DNA of 61,616 bases, filler included, from Stramenopiles sp. TOSAG23-3 (taxonomy: Eukaryota), in the NCBI GenBank assembly GCA_900128585.1. It is 6 parts of 6 records of this genome, joined end to end, with 100 filler letters (N's around TTAATTAATTAA, not from the genome) between each part and the next. Parts side by side here need not be neighbours in the genome. Positions count along the whole stretch, not along the records: positions 37,222 to 55,619 come from LT642427.1; 5 more parts are not named here. The stretch is one strand, 5' to 3'. A program made the position numbers and the translations under genes. Below the pieces are notes generated by a model, which saw nothing but the letters and a program-made list of their open reading frames with translations, was not told the origin of the DNA and did not search any database. The first letter of the stretch is position 1. The number at the start of each line of letters is the position of its first letter. Shown piece by piece: positions 39,560 through 51,630 of the stretch.

Positions 39560-41347
39560 ATGTCTTCGGACTTCTCAGTGCCGGGAAAGACGGGCGCAAA
39601 GGCACAGAGTAAGAGCCGAGGGGAGTCAAAATTTAGCGAAAGGCTTGGTTATTATAGCGCCAAGCCAGCAGATGGTGCAAATAGGCTTTCATTCGTAAAC
39701 AATGGTGAGGTCGACCACGACTTTTTGAACAAAGCAGTCGCTGCCATTTCACGAATCCAGTCAAAGATAACTCCCATTAAAGCTGGTCGCCCAAGCGTAG
39801 ACCATTTCCAGTCTAGTTCTGCAGACCAATCTAGCAAGCCCACCACCGAGATTCGGGCGTTGAAGGCGCCGACAAAAGATGATAGAAAGACCATGTTCAA
39901 CATGGGCAAAGAGATAAAAAAGCTCCGAACATCCCTGGCTCAGGCCAATGCAAATATAAAAATACTGAAAACGAAATCAAATTTCGACAAGCGGTTACTA
40001 GAACAGGACTACCAAGTGTCAACAGATAAAACTAGAAGTAGGATATCGTCATTGCAAAATTCTGTGGCGCAGCACGAAGAAATGGTAAAGAGCGAAAGGG
40101 AGTCTTCGAAGATGTTAAGAATAGAATACACAAATCTAGAACGAAAGTACAAGGAATTGCAACGAAGACATGACGATGAAGTATGGGATCTTAAGCTCTC
40201 CTTGACCAATGCTCGTGAGCAGGGACAGAGTATGTCCGGTGATGTAAACCGGCACCAAGTTGTCCTGGACAAGTATCAACAGCGACTAGCAGAGCAGAAG
40301 GAGCAGTTCGAAAAGATGGCAACAGAGAAAACCAACCAACAAACGGCGCACTTTGCTGCAGTAAAAAAGCTGAAAGAGCAGATCAGCAGCTTAACGAAGG
40401 AGAGCCAGTCCAGAAAGGACGATTACGACCATTTGTTGCAGTCTACTGCAGCGAAGATCGATGCATTGACGGACGAACTCGCAAAGAAGAGTTCAAAAAT
40501 TGTCGAACTGGCCAACCACCTGTCTAAATTTGTTCAAAAATCTAATTTGCCGACTCTGCAAGACGTCGAAATTGCACTGTCCACCTCAGCCATCCAGACA
40601 AAACAAAGTTCGAACAATTTGCTAGACCAACAGACTATACAAAAAGACTTGCTGCGCGTTAGCATGCTTGAAGTCGAAAAAGAGCTCTCCACGTTAGATC
40701 TGGCCGCGAAGGACAAAGAATCGACCGCTAGGATCCAGCGATTGGAGATAGAAGTAACCAGAAAGGACAAAACTGTACAGGCGCTAAAAGAAAAGTTGCA
40801 GGTCTTTTACACGAAAATGTCATCAGAATTGGATGCTGCAAATTCAAGAATCGACCATCTGCAACAGTCGAACGTGGAGATGGAAGCTGCTCTGAAGCAG
40901 GAGAAAAAGAAAGGTTTGAAGGCTTCAATAATGAGCCAAAAGGCAATAAAATTTGTACAGTATCTGAAAGAGGCGAAAGAAGAAGATGCAGGCGGCAGCA
41001 ATCCCGAAAATAGCAAAACTCCGAACGTAGAAGAAAATTTTAAAATCGCAGAAGCTGGCCAAAAGGAAGAGGGTTCTCTGGGCAGCCTGGTAATTGACCA
41101 TAACAACCATGAAAGAAACCGTCAAATTTCCAAAGACGCTCTTGAAATTTTTGCACAGTACGAAAGTTTAGTTAATTCCAAGGAAAATATCATGGAACAA
41201 ACACGACTCGCGGAGGACGAAGCCGCTCATCTGAGGCAGAGCGTGCACGATTTAGAAGAACTTTACGAGCAGTCCAGTAACCCAAACCTTCGGGAAAATG
41301 GACGCGGGATGAGAAAGAAAAGGCCAAACGGCTCACGTCAGAATTAG
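39560..41347 (+). CDS. Coiled-coil protein, N-terminal part (probably one gene with the next ORF)
   Basis: E/K/Q/L-rich heptad-like sequence; first in-frame ATG at 39560. Confidence 0.75.
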   Translation: MSSDFSVPGKTGAKAQSKSRGESKFSERLGYYSAKPADGANRLSFVNNGEVDHDFLNKAVAAISRIQSKITPIKAGRPSVDHFQSSSADQSSKPTTEIRALKAPTKDDRKTMFNMGKEIKKLRTSLAQANANIKILKTKSNFDKRLLEQDYQVSTDKTRSRISSLQNSVAQHEEMVKSERESSKMLRIEYTNLERKYKELQRRHDDEVWDLKLSLTNAREQGQSMSGDVNRHQVVLDKYQQRLAEQKEQFEKMATEKTNQQTAHFAAVKKLKEQISSLTKESQSRKDDYDHLLQSTAAKIDALTDELAKKSSKIVELANHLSKFVQKSNLPTLQDVEIALSTSAIQTKQSSNNLLDQQTIQKDLLRVSMLEVEKELSTLDLAAKDKESTARIQRLEIEVTRKDKTVQALKEKLQVFYTKMSSELDAANSRIDHLQQSNVEMEAALKQEKKKGLKASIMSQKAIKFVQYLKEAKEEDAGGSNPENSKTPNVEENFKIAEAGQKEEGSLGSLVIDHNNHERNRQISKDALEIFAQYESLVNSKENIMEQTRLAEDEAAHLRQSVHDLEELYEQSSNPNLRENGRGMRKKRPNGSRQN

Positions 41348-44300
41348 GGTCTAAGTTAGACGTAGAGATGGCCAAAAACATGGCATTGACAGCGACGGCC
41401 TCTGAGCTCAAAGATGTGCTGCACAGAAAAACCGTTACAACTTCAAGCCAAATTTCTGATTTGGAAGACAGCAACGAAAATTTACAGACATCCGTAAACA
41501 ATTTAAAGTCTCAGCTGAACGGCGCGTACAAGACTATCAGCGATTTGCAAGGCGAAGCAACAGTGACCAGGACCAAGTTAGACTACAAACTGAAAGAGAT
41601 CAATCGGCTACGAAGCGAAGTATTGTCAAAAAGTAGGCTCGTCGCGGATACGCAAGACAAAATCAATCTTGTAGCCGAGGAGAGAGATTTTGTAAACAAC
41701 GAAAAACAGGACAAAATGACCGTATTATCTAAAGAGTTAGAAGAAGCGATGTTTAAGCGCCGAGCAGCCGAAAACACACTAGGAGAACTGAGAATTTCCA
41801 TGTCCAACATGGAAAACACTATGCAGCTCTCGCAGATGAAGCGCAGGAAAGAGAGAGAAGCGGCGGATGAAGAGAAGCGGGATGAGCTTCGTGTACAGGC
41901 ACAAAAGTACGCAGCAAACTTGCATGCATTAGAAGAACAGCACCGGTTCGAGCTGAAGCGTCTCACGGACGAGATGGACATAAAAACACAGCACATGCGC
42001 GATGAAAAGTACCAAACCATTACGGAGCAAACGAAGCTTCACGCAAAGCAGCTGCACGATATTGAAGTCTCAAATAAGGCTAAAGTGGAAGAAATTATTG
42101 CAGAGTACGAGAAACAACTAAAACTACGAATTCACGAAATGGAGGAAATGGAAAGGGACAGCGCGCGCCGGTTGGCTGGAAAGTTGCACGAGGTCGAGGA
42201 AGCTTCGCGCGTCGAACACATGAACAACCTTCGTGAAAGCACTGATAAAATAGAAGAACTAACTTTCAAACTGAATCAGTCGGAAGCGATAAAAGAAGAA
42301 AACATGAACCGTGTTGAGAATTTGGTATCACGCTTAAAAGCAGAGCAATCCGAGCGCAAAGATTTGCTGGAAACGAGACGCCACGACATCGACCTTTGCA
42401 ATGATTTGAGCGAAAAGGTGAAGGTTCAAGGAGCGCAAATAAAGAAGATGGAAGCCGCAGCAAAACACTACGTGACAGAGGTCAACCAGCTGCGAACGAC
42501 CAATCGCCACGGCAGGCATCAGTTTCTGGAGAAACTAGAGGAGCAAGAAAACAAGATAAGAAAACAGTCCGAGACGATCGCAAAGCACGAAAACGAAACG
42601 AAGGAAAATTCCATTTTACTCGAATCGAAGAAACTTGTTGCTCAGGTGGAGAAGGAAGTGCAAAGCTTGAAGCTGCAAATCACGGGAAAGCACGCGGCGC
42701 ACTCTGCAACTCTTCACATTGTCGAAGACTTAAAGTTCGAGTTGGAAGACACCAAAGCAGTGAGCAAAAACTTGAAAGATCAATTGAAAAGCGTAGAATT
42801 CAATGCAAGAAAGGCAAAAGCCAAGCTAGAAAATGAAAATGTAAATTTGGATATTTCGGTGGAATCCCTAACGAAGAAGCTCCAAAAGACAGAAAACGAT
42901 CTTAAATCGCGCGAAGTCAAATTAGTGCACTTGAGCAACATTGTCAAAGAGAGGGATATGCGCATCAAAGCACTGGGTGACTCATTGACTCTTGCAAACA
43001 AAGCCGCGACAAAGCAGAGAGAGGAGGACCTTCACGGGCTTGCTCTCGAACGGGAAAAGGCAAAAGAAACAGAAGTCATGTTGAGAAAGATGGAAATATC
43101 GGCAAAGGAGACTGAAATAAGATTGTACTCCTTAAAGACCTCGTACGAAAAAAAATTAGTTTCGCAATCGAAAACATTGGAACAGCAGAAAGTGAAGTTA
43201 GATGCTCAAACCGTTCAAGTGCTCGAAGCAAATGACCGGGCGAAGCTCCATTCCCGTGCGCAAATGGACGGTGAAAAACATCTTATGTCCGCCCGCATGC
43301 TTCTAAAGGAGAAACAGAAAGAACTGTTGAGCGTTGAGAGCGAACTGACCAAGTTGCAATCAAGACTGTTTCAATCAAAGCACACGATAAAGAACATGGA
43401 ACTCAAGTGCGTCTCGCTGACCACCGACAAAACCAATTTGGGGGTAGAAGTAGAGAGGTACAAAGAGAGCATGCGTTCCATGGAAGAAGCGCACGCTAAT
43501 GAGAGCAAAATATATTTGCACAAAATGTCTGTTGAGCAGAAATTGAGCAACGACTTGTCCAGCCAGAACCATACGCTGAGCGCCAAAGTCGCAGCGATGT
43601 CCTCAAAAATAGAGCAATTGCATTCCAAAATCTTCGAGAAAGAAGAGCGGCTGCAAGAAGCATTGGCGAGAATCGACGACACAAAACTCCATAAAATGAC
43701 AGAAAAGAACGGCTACCTCGAGCGCGACTTACAAATCTTAAGGCATAAGCTTGGAGAGACGCAAGAAGACAAGCGCCGGGCGCAGCAATTGAGCAAGGAG
43801 CAATTTTCACAACTTGAAGAAGCGAACAAGAGGCTGGAAATTCAACTGAACAGCATGGAGGCCACCCACCGGGACAAGGTTCAGCAAGCAGAGAAGGCCC
43901 GCAAGAAAATTTACGATAACTGGATGGAAGAGATACAGCGGAGACAAATGTTTGCTGGCAAAACAACAGGCGCACAGCAAGAATCTGCTCGGTTGCAGTC
44001 AGAATTGGAACAATTAAGAATGTCCATGAAACGTGCAAATGCTACGACTCAGAACGAAAAAACTGTTCTCGAAGAAAACTTGCTACACATGAGTTCAAAA
44101 TACGACGCTGTTAACAACAAGAACGAGGAAATGGGGTTTTCTTTGGCAATGTGTGTAGAAGACCGCCTGAGCTTGGAGCTGAAGCACCGATTCGACATGG
44201 GCCTTTTGAAGGACCAAATAGAAAAGCTTGAAAAAGAAAACATTGAACTTCATTTGCACGAAGAAAAAATGGCCTTGGAGCGTATGCGGAATGCCAAAGA

Positions 44301-45141
44301 CATTGGGTTGAAAGGTCATGGCGAGAACAGGCATTTGAATTTAGAGGAGCAAAGGCATCTAGTTGCGGCAGTGCAAGAAGGCGTGGAAATGGTTAGGCTG
44401 AAAGACAACGAGTTAGATCATTTACGAATCCAGCTTGCCAAAGCAGAAGATTCGCACAAAAGCATTCAATTGGTGAAAAAGTCCGAATACGAACGAACAA
44501 TCCAAAAGTTAATAGAGTCCCATGCAAAGCATGAAAAAGAAATTAAAGACAAGCACACAATGATGCAATCTCGTATGATGAGACAAATGAAATCAAACTT
44601 TTTAAAACTGTCCAAAGCGAGCAAACAAGTGCAGCATGAGGCAAGAGTCTCTGTTACTGTCCCGAGGTGGCAGTACCAAACGTGTCGTATGATCGGCGAA
44701 GATTTTCGCAGCATGTACTTACGAGAACAAGAGAAGAGGATAAATTTACAAACGTTGGTAAAGAGCATTCATCAAGAGGCAGCGGGCATAAAGCTGATGA
44801 AAGAAACGAACAGAACGACGACAGAAAAAATTAACGTGCAGCGGCAGTACGATGAAAAAGAGCAGAATGAATGGGAAAAACAGAAACGGTTAGAGCAGTC
44901 CATTCTTGACCTTCACGGGGAAGAACAGGACAAAAGAATGAAGGCGGAAACGTTTCAACAGCTGGAGCAGCTGAAAAAAGACAAAAATCGCCTGGTGCAG
45001 GAAAACAAAGACAATTCAATTAGGTTAAAAAAGTACAAAAACATTTTGGCCAACCAAGAGAGCAAACAAAAAGTTCTCCGGGAAGAAAATATTCGATTGG
45101 GGAAGTTAATTCACCAGGCCGAGGATGCAGCGTCCAAATAA
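41281..45141 (+). CDS. Long coiled-coil protein, C-terminal part (-1 frame relative to the preceding ORF)
   Basis: Frame is open from 41281 (PKPSGKWTRDEKEKAKRLTSELGSKLDVE), upstream of ATG 41368; 1257 aa from that ATG. Confidence 0.8.
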   Translation, partial: PKPSGKWTRDEKEKAKRLTSELGSKLDVEMAKNMALTATASELKDVLHRKTVTTSSQISDLEDSNENLQTSVNNLKSQLNGAYKTISDLQGEATVTRTKLDYKLKEINRLRSEVLSKSRLVADTQDKINLVAEERDFVNNEKQDKMTVLSKELEEAMFKRRAAENTLGELRISMSNMENTMQLSQMKRRKEREAADEEKRDELRVQAQKYAANLHALEEQHRFELKRLTDEMDIKTQHMRDEKYQTITEQTKLHAKQLHDIEVSNKAKVEEIIAEYEKQLKLRIHEMEEMERDSARRLAGKLHEVEEASRVEHMNNLRESTDKIEELTFKLNQSEAIKEENMNRVENLVSRLKAEQSERKDLLETRRHDIDLCNDLSEKVKVQGAQIKKMEAAAKHYVTEVNQLRTTNRHGRHQFLEKLEEQENKIRKQSETIAKHENETKENSILLESKKLVAQVEKEVQSLKLQITGKHAAHSATLHIVEDLKFELEDTKAVSKNLKDQLKSVEFNARKAKAKLENENVNLDISVESLTKKLQKTENDLKSREVKLVHLSNIVKERDMRIKALGDSLTLANKAATKQREEDLHGLALEREKAKETEVMLRKMEISAKETEIRLYSLKTSYEKKLVSQSKTLEQQKVKLDAQTVQVLEANDRAKLHSRAQMDGEKHLMSARMLLKEKQKELLSVESELTKLQSRLFQSKHTIKNMELKCVSLTTDKTNLGVEVERYKESMRSMEEAHANESKIYLHKMSVEQKLSNDLSSQNHTLSAKVAAMSSKIEQLHSKIFEKEERLQEALARIDDTKLHKMTEKNGYLERDLQILRHKLGETQEDKRRAQQLSKEQFSQLEEANKRLEIQLNSMEATHRDKVQQAEKARKKIYDNWMEEIQRRQMFAGKTTGAQQESARLQSELEQLRMSMKRANATTQNEKTVLEENLLHMSSKYDAVNNKNEEMGFSLAMCVEDRLSLELKHRFDMGLLKDQIEKLEKENIELHLHEEKMALERMRNAKDIGLKGHGENRHLNLEEQRHLVAAVQEGVEMVRLKDNELDHLRIQLAKAEDSHKSIQLVKKSEYERTIQKLIESHAKHEKEIKDKHTMMQSRMMRQMKSNFLKLSKASKQVQHEARVSVTVPRWQYQTCRMIGEDFRSMYLREQEKRINLQTLVKSIHQEAAGIKLMKETNRTTTEKINVQRQYDEKEQNEWEKQKRLEQSILDLHGEEQDKRMKAETFQQLEQLKKDKNRLVQENKDNSIRLKKYKNILANQESKQKVLREENIRLGKLIHQAEDAASK

Positions 45142-45319
45142 TGAGAGCAACCGGCGAAACGTTTATCTGCGTCAAAGTCACAGTTTTAACTGATCATTAC
45201 ATTACCTGTGTGTGTCGTAAATACTAAAAATTAATTCTTAACGAGCGAGCATTTTGTAAATTATTTGGTTTTTGACAATTTTTTAAAGCTTCTTTTTTAA
45301 GAATTCTTTAGTTAAATAC

Positions 45320-45600
45320 AGCTTAGACTCGGCCTCTGACACTGAACCGCAATCCAGCAGTGTGCAATCCAGCAGTCAGCAACACAGCATCGCCCCGACC
45401 CTAGTAGTGATATAGGGAATCAGAGCGTTGCCAGCAGGACGAGATCCCAACGGGCACGCCAACGAACCTCGTCTACCGCACCGCCGATCGAAAATGACAC
45501 AAACGACCCTTCCCCAACATCTCAACCCACAGATAACAACCCCTTGACCGATTTACAAGACAGACAACGAGCACCTCAAAAACAATTAAGCCGCTCCGAA
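45320..45600 (+). mobile_element. Probable LTR-retrotransposon (copia) linker-region fragment
   Basis: 45550-45597 closely matches 2700-2746; reads SVASRTRSQ plus S/T/P/N-rich sequence like copia integrase-RT linkers. Confidence 0.45.
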
Positions 45601-45641
45601 AGGTGCTTGGTAAAATTTAAATACAGACAGTTTCTTTTCCC

Positions 45642-46979
45642 TTACTTGCAGAGTAACAACAACAGTGCAGCGTCACTTTCTCCATCTTCAGGTTGCAAGT
45701 TTTGTTTTTTCTTCTTCTGCACAACAGGGATGGTTTTGTCCGCCTTTCTCTTTGACAACGGCGCCGGGGCCGTTATCTTTGCCGATTCGGAGACTTGTTT
45801 CTTTTTTCTCTTCTTTTCCAGACGCTCCGCTGAGATCGACTCTGTAATTTTCTCCACGAACAGCCTGATCATGTGCAACTTGAACATGTATCTATCTCCG
45901 TTGCCGAACATTTGGTGGAGTCCAAAAATTGCGCACCCCTCCATAAATCCAGACAAATGCTGCAATATGACACGCCTTATGCCTTCTACGGGTTGGTTTC
46001 CTCGCGCAGTCTTGGATGAATAAAAAATTATTTCACTCAAGGTTCCAGACTGTTCTCCCAAAAGCGCTTCTTTTCCCACCTCCGCATTGTGTTCGTGGAC
46101 ATACAGCTGTGGCCGGGCTTGGCTGCCCACGAGCGAGGATGACCTTTTGTTCCGCTTAACGAGCGACGGCAACGGGCAGTAGATATGTTTACTATGCAAC
46201 GAGTTTTGAACGATTGGGCGCAAACTTTCAGGTATAACCGGTTGAAACGTGGTGTAGGCGTTGTGCAGGAGCTCTCGTCCACTGACAGTCAGGCGAAACT
46301 TTACTTTAGTGTGGGTTGAATCCGCGGTGGCAGTTTTCCTATGGTCCTCAAACTTGGAGCGGTCGAACAGAACTTTCAAAAACTCTTTAACCTCTTCGGC
46401 AATTCGAAGAAGGCACTTGCGAGGGAAAAATGATGTGCTGGTCCTTTGCCTTATTGCAACCCGGCACACTGACGTGATCCAGCGGTACACCGCCAGATGG
46501 ATTGCGTTAGAGAGGGGCAGCTGGTTCAACACACGACGGTAGACGGTCCACACTTTGTCCCGTGGGCGCAACGCGAGGGGGACACCGTCAAAGTAGTTTT
46601 CCCTCCACTTCCACTTTGACGGCGCGTCATCCTTTATAAAACCAATGCACATGAGGTCCGATATCAGCCCGTACCACACCAAATCGTTCGTAAGTGGGTC
46701 TGCCGCACCTTGGGAAACTATTCTAAGGGTTCTGTCCATCAAGTGAAACTGTTTCCCAAGGGTTCTTTGGGTGTTTGCGCCAATAGTTTTCATACCGCCC
46801 GCTTTGCGCTTCTTTCTCCCAGTTTTACACTCTTCAATAGAAGAATTTATTGATCGGGCGTACGTGGCTATTTTTTTAGAAGCATCGGCCAAAGGTTTCG
46901 TAGTCTGTTGTACCACCAGATGACCAGACAGCACATCGCGGTCGGATGAGGGGTTGCTCAGCACCAAAGTCGTACTCAT
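45642..46979 (-). CDS. Hypothetical protein
   Basis: 445-aa ATG ORF with coding-like composition and basic NLS-like patches; no family recognised. Confidence 0.7.
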   Translation of the reverse strand: MSTTLVLSNPSSDRDVLSGHLVVQQTTKPLADASKKIATYARSINSSIEECKTGRKKRKAGGMKTIGANTQRTLGKQFHLMDRTLRIVSQGAADPLTNDLVWYGLISDLMCIGFIKDDAPSKWKWRENYFDGVPLALRPRDKVWTVYRRVLNQLPLSNAIHLAVYRWITSVCRVAIRQRTSTSFFPRKCLLRIAEEVKEFLKVLFDRSKFEDHRKTATADSTHTKVKFRLTVSGRELLHNAYTTFQPVIPESLRPIVQNSLHSKHIYCPLPSLVKRNKRSSSLVGSQARPQLYVHEHNAEVGKEALLGEQSGTLSEIIFYSSKTARGNQPVEGIRRVILQHLSGFMEGCAIFGLHQMFGNGDRYMFKLHMIRLFVEKITESISAERLEKKRKKKQVSESAKITAPAPLSKRKADKTIPVVQKKKKQNLQPEDGESDAALLLLLCK

Positions 46980-47899
46980 TGTACGCCGGGTGAATAAATT
47001 AAAATGTATGTAAGCGAACGTCTTGTACGTTTTTTGTTTGAGTACGACTCTATCTTACGTTTCAAAGAAAGATATATATAGAAAAAATATCTTCCTCGGT
47101 TATTATTTTGTAATCACAATCCGTTCGTTCATGAAATCGGTTGTACCGTACTACTTCAGAGGAGAATAGGAGTAGTAATTAAAACTTGTTGAACCTCCTG
47201 CTTATTATCCTCTTCTCTGTAATGTATAATTTAAAATGTATGGAGGAGGGAGGGTAAACATTATCTTCTCACTTTTTGCTATTTACATGACTACTTCGAC
47301 TCGTAGTTATACCTATATATATAGGTATAGGTATTGAAAATAATTAATAAAATAAAAGCTATTATATTATTGACATAGCATTATAATCAGAACATTGTGA
47401 AGAAAAGAACACGGCAAAGATCATTATATAGCTGTACCATTGACAACGAGGAAATGTATGACATAAATGAGACGATTCAGAATAATTCGTTTTCGTGATT
47501 GTTCTGTGTACGAGTATCTAATTAGTCTAGACTAAACAAATAGTAAGGAGAAGACATCCAAAATATATTTATCATTTTTTGTGATTTACTTATAAATACT
47601 GTACAATAAGATGGCAATATTCTTATAGATGAAAACAAAACCGCGTAAAACAACAAAATTTTATTCCATATTACAGGAAAATATCATTAATTCAAGGTAA
47701 GGAAGATTTTTACGTACAGTATAATATTTTTTATTACTCTTCTTATCGAAGAAGAAAAAAAAGGAGGAGGTATATTTATCTTTTCAAACTAAACTAATCC
47801 TTACATGGTAATTTTCAATTTTCAAGTTCCAACAATTTACCACAGATCAACTTATCTAAAAACAGAAGCACAAGACTTTTTTTAGGGAGACCTCTCTTT

Positions 47900-48709
47900 T
47901 TACTTATCCCCCCAATCGCCACCAGGTTTACGAGGGTCTGGATTTGCGCGGTTCTTTCTGGACTCCATCATTGCCTTACCAATGGTTTCCTTCATTTTAT
48001 CGTCTCCACTATTGTACATGTCTTTCATCAAATCCATGATTCCAGACGTCGGGTCTTTCTCGATGCGTTCTTTCGTTTCCTTCGATTTCTTCGTTTTCAA
48101 ATCTGTCCAGTGATCGGGTCCGAAATCGCCTGGGATCTTCTTCAACATAACGTTTACGCGGTCCGCTTTGATCTTGATCTTTGATTTCTTCGGGTCGATA
48201 TTTTTGTCCAGGTTGGTCACGCACAAACGAAAATCTTCCCCGTTCAGGCCTACCACTGTCAAGTCAAACTCGTCTTCCTCAAATCGGCACTGTACATTAT
48301 CCTTTGGTATGCTGCCGACACCATTCAAACTGGAAACGTAAACGGTGACAAACCGGTCGCTTTGGTCCCAGCCGTAGGAGGAAATCGAGGTCCAGCGGCC
48401 CGACGTTGAAGGGGCTGATATGGGTTTGCTGGATGTCTTCGCCACTGGCTCGTCACCGTTTTCCTCAGGCAACGGGGCATAGCCTGGGGGAATGTTGGGG
48501 TCATCTAGGTCGCTACTGTCGGGTTTCTCCAGCTCGACCTTTGGGGTTAGAATTTCCAACTCTTGCTTCAGCTGGCTGATGTATTTTTGAACGTACGCGA
48601 TGTTTCGAACACTGGTGATCTGTTTCTCCTCCAGAAGGGTTTCTAGCTCAAGAATATCTTCATTCAAATGAAAGAATCGCGTTCGGTCGGCGGTTAATAT
48701 CGATGCCAT
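47900..48709 (-). CDS. CACYBP: Calcyclin-binding protein / Siah-interacting protein
   Basis: CS domain starting YGWDQSDRFVTVYV; SGS-type end DPTSGIMDLMKDMYNSGDDKMKETIGKAM; first ATG at 48709. Confidence 0.93.
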   Translation of the reverse strand: MASILTADRTRFFHLNEDILELETLLEEKQITSVRNIAYVQKYISQLKQELEILTPKVELEKPDSSDLDDPNIPPGYAPLPEENGDEPVAKTSSKPISAPSTSGRWTSISSYGWDQSDRFVTVYVSSLNGVGSIPKDNVQCRFEEDEFDLTVVGLNGEDFRLCVTNLDKNIDPKKSKIKIKADRVNVMLKKIPGDFGPDHWTDLKTKKSKETKERIEKDPTSGIMDLMKDMYNSGDDKMKETIGKAMMESRKNRANPDPRKPGGDWGDK

Positions 48710-50001
48710 CGTGCAGGAACAAGCAAGGTTAAAAAATGTCACACACAATTGGATGAATGCAAGAGATTGGTTGATGTTTTATTGAACATTTAATGAATTG
48801 GGTCCTACTGTTCTCTAAACATTTTAAATACACGAAAAGAAAAAAAGATTCTACTCTAAACTATTGAGTATTATAATTAAAATATTAGTCTTCTCGCTCC
48901 GTCGTCTAAAATTCTTCTTCTTTTTTTTCTTCTTTCTTCTTCTTCTTTTTTGGTGGTGTGGGTGTGGTGTGTGGGTGGATGGATGGATGGATGGAATGCT
49001 GTGACAATGTAACACTGTGACACTGCTGCTTATTTAACTAGAATTAAATAGTTGTTTAGTAGTTTTAAATTAGGGTTTAAAAATAAATAAACCACTTCTA
49101 CTTTCGTTCTACTCAATCTTCTCTCCAGATTCTAGAATATTATTATTTTATAACAGAACGACTATGATATAATAACTACCTCTCATAGTACGTATTAATT
49201 AATAGTCTAGATATACGTACAGTAGCCTCCTCTTTATCTTTTTATTATCTCGTCTATTTTCTATTTTCTATAGTATTTCATGGTAATTAATAAGGGGAGG
49301 TTCGTAGTATAAAATAATTGAAGGAAAACAACGACAGCAATTATTTTTATTATTACGTATTTTTTAGTTATTATTATAGTTATTTTTACGCATTATTATT
49401 TTATTTATAAAAAAGCTAAAAATATTTTACTATTTTTAATTTCTTCCTTTTATTTGCCTTCTAATAATTTTTATAAAAAACTGTCAGTATTTTAATAGCT
49501 GCTAATTAGCACCATTCAATCATTTTTTAGCTAAACAAAACATAATAAACAAATGTCTCTCTCTTTGGATCTGTTGATGAAATTTGAACTTTTGTTGTAG
49601 TCATAAATAAATACATTATATAACACACAATAATTTAATTAAAAAAACAACAACTAAATCAAATACTTTCCATGAAGAGCTATGTACATCACATCACATC
49701 ACGCACACCTCCTTCCTCCTATTAATTAGAATCGATCTTAATCCGTATACTTTATTACAATACAACTATAAAATATTTACCTATATATTATATCTAGATT
49801 CGTGTACCAACAACTCCGATATTTTAAAAAACATAACCACAGCATTTGGAAATGAAATTAACATAGAAATAGAAGGAAATAAAGATGTAGAATATGTTAG
49901 ATTCTTATTATTTCAGATGATGTGTGCTGCTGGTGATTTTTTAAAATTATTATTATGAAAATGACATTACACAGCATTGATTAAAACAAAAGATAAAACG
50001 A

Positions 50002-50003
50002 CT

Positions 50004-50063
<60 letters not shown>

Positions 50064-50091
50064 TCATTCTTTCTTTCTTTCTTTCTTTCTT
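50002..50091. repeat. (TTTC)n microsatellite
   Basis: Direct inspection. Confidence 0.95.
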
Positions 50092-50463
50092 CCCTTCAAT
50101 AATAAATATTGAATAAATACAGGGAAATAGAAGGGAAATTCTTAATCAAAAATCTCTTTTTTCCCCTTCTTCTTCTCTCCCCACAGGAACACAGCAAGAA
50201 CCAAGCAAGCCAAAAAAAACTCAACAGTAGTAAATTATATACCTCCCACAGCACTACAGCAACAACAGTGACCACGAAATAAAAGTTCATTTAGTTCAGT
50301 CACTTTAGTTGAATGAATGGAACCGTACCGTCGACTGAAATTGTAATGAGAGAGAGACAATTCGAGAAAGAAAGGTAAGAAGAATCAAACACAGTTAAAA
50401 TAAATTAATTACGCACATCGTATTTAAAACCTTCTTTAAAAAAACTAGTTTTATTTTGTCATT

Positions 50464-51219
50464 ATGGATCCACGCGACGAACACGTATACATGGCCAAGC
50501 TTGCGGAGCAAGCCGAGCGTTACGAAGAAATGGTTGAGCACATGAAAGCTGTTGCCGAAGCAGGAAAAGACTTGACCGTTGAAGAGCGTAACTTGCTTTC
50601 CGTTGCGTACAAAAACGTAATCGGATGTCGCCGTGCCTCCTGGCGTGTCCTTTCCTCCATCGAGGAAAAGGAAGCCAACGGAAACGAAGGCCTTGTCAAA
50701 AACTACAGAGAAAAGGTCGAGACCGAGCTTGAGAACATCTGCAGTGACATCTTGAAAGTCATCGACGACCACCTTGTACCAAACGCCAAAACCCCAGAAG
50801 GCCGAGTATTCTACTTCAAAATGAAGGGTGACTACCTCCGCTACTTGGCAGAGTTCCAAGTATTGGACAAGAAGAAAGAAAGCGCCGCCAAAGCCTTGGA
50901 AGCATACCAAGCCGCGCAAGAAGCCGCCGGAAACAGAAACGAGAAAGACGGCCTTCCACCCACCCACCCAATCCGATTGGGCCTTGCCTTGAACTTTTCC
51001 GTATTCTACTACGAAATCCAAAACAATCCAGAGCAAGCCTGCCAGCTAGCAAAGAAAGCATTCGACGATGCCATTGCCGAGTTAGACACTTTGTCTGAAG
51101 AATCCTACAAAGACTCCACCCTTATCATGCAGCTTTTGCGTGATAACTTGACTTTGTGGACGTCTGACAACGAGAACGACGGAAACGATGGATCGGACAT
51201 GCGCGTTGAAAACTTGTAA
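50464..51219 (+). CDS. 14-3-3 protein (canonical)
   Basis: [56 protein letters not shown]. Confidence 0.99.
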   Translation: MDPRDEHVYMAKLAEQAERYEEMVEHMKAVAEAGKDLTVEERNLLSVAYKNVIGCRRASWRVLSSIEEKEANGNEGLVKNYREKVETELENICSDILKVIDDHLVPNAKTPEGRVFYFKMKGDYLRYLAEFQVLDKKKESAAKALEAYQAAQEAAGNRNEKDGLPPTHPIRLGLALNFSVFYYEIQNNPEQACQLAKKAFDDAIAELDTLSEESYKDSTLIMQLLRDNLTLWTSDNENDGNDGSDMRVENL

Positions 51220-51630
51220 GAAGTCTTCCAACACCACCATCTTTGGTTGTAGTAGTCAATATATTTAGTTTCAGTGATAGTAAAAAAACGATAGGAATTT
51301 GAAGCAAGCCTGGCGTGGACGAGAACGGTCACGCTTCTGCGTGCATAGACGAACGAGGGGCTGCTTCGTAACTTAAAAAAAAAAGAACAGGGGCGGTACT
51401 GCTGTTATCGTAAAGAAGAGCGGGTAACAAGATTAAGTACCATTATATATACCCACATTTCATTATAAAAAAATAGTACATGTAACGCCCGGCAAATTAT
51501 GTGGTGATGCGACGAATTGCGCTGCCGATCCCGCAAAGTGTCCCGCCCATTAATAACCCAGGATGCGCGTGCGTCCCTTCTCAGATAGCCAATATTTAAC
51601 TGTACAGCTCCGCTTTGGCCAACACTATAA

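Noticed and set aside
50395-51036. 213-aa minus-strand ORF
   Set aside because: Antisense shadow of the codon-biased 14-3-3 gene
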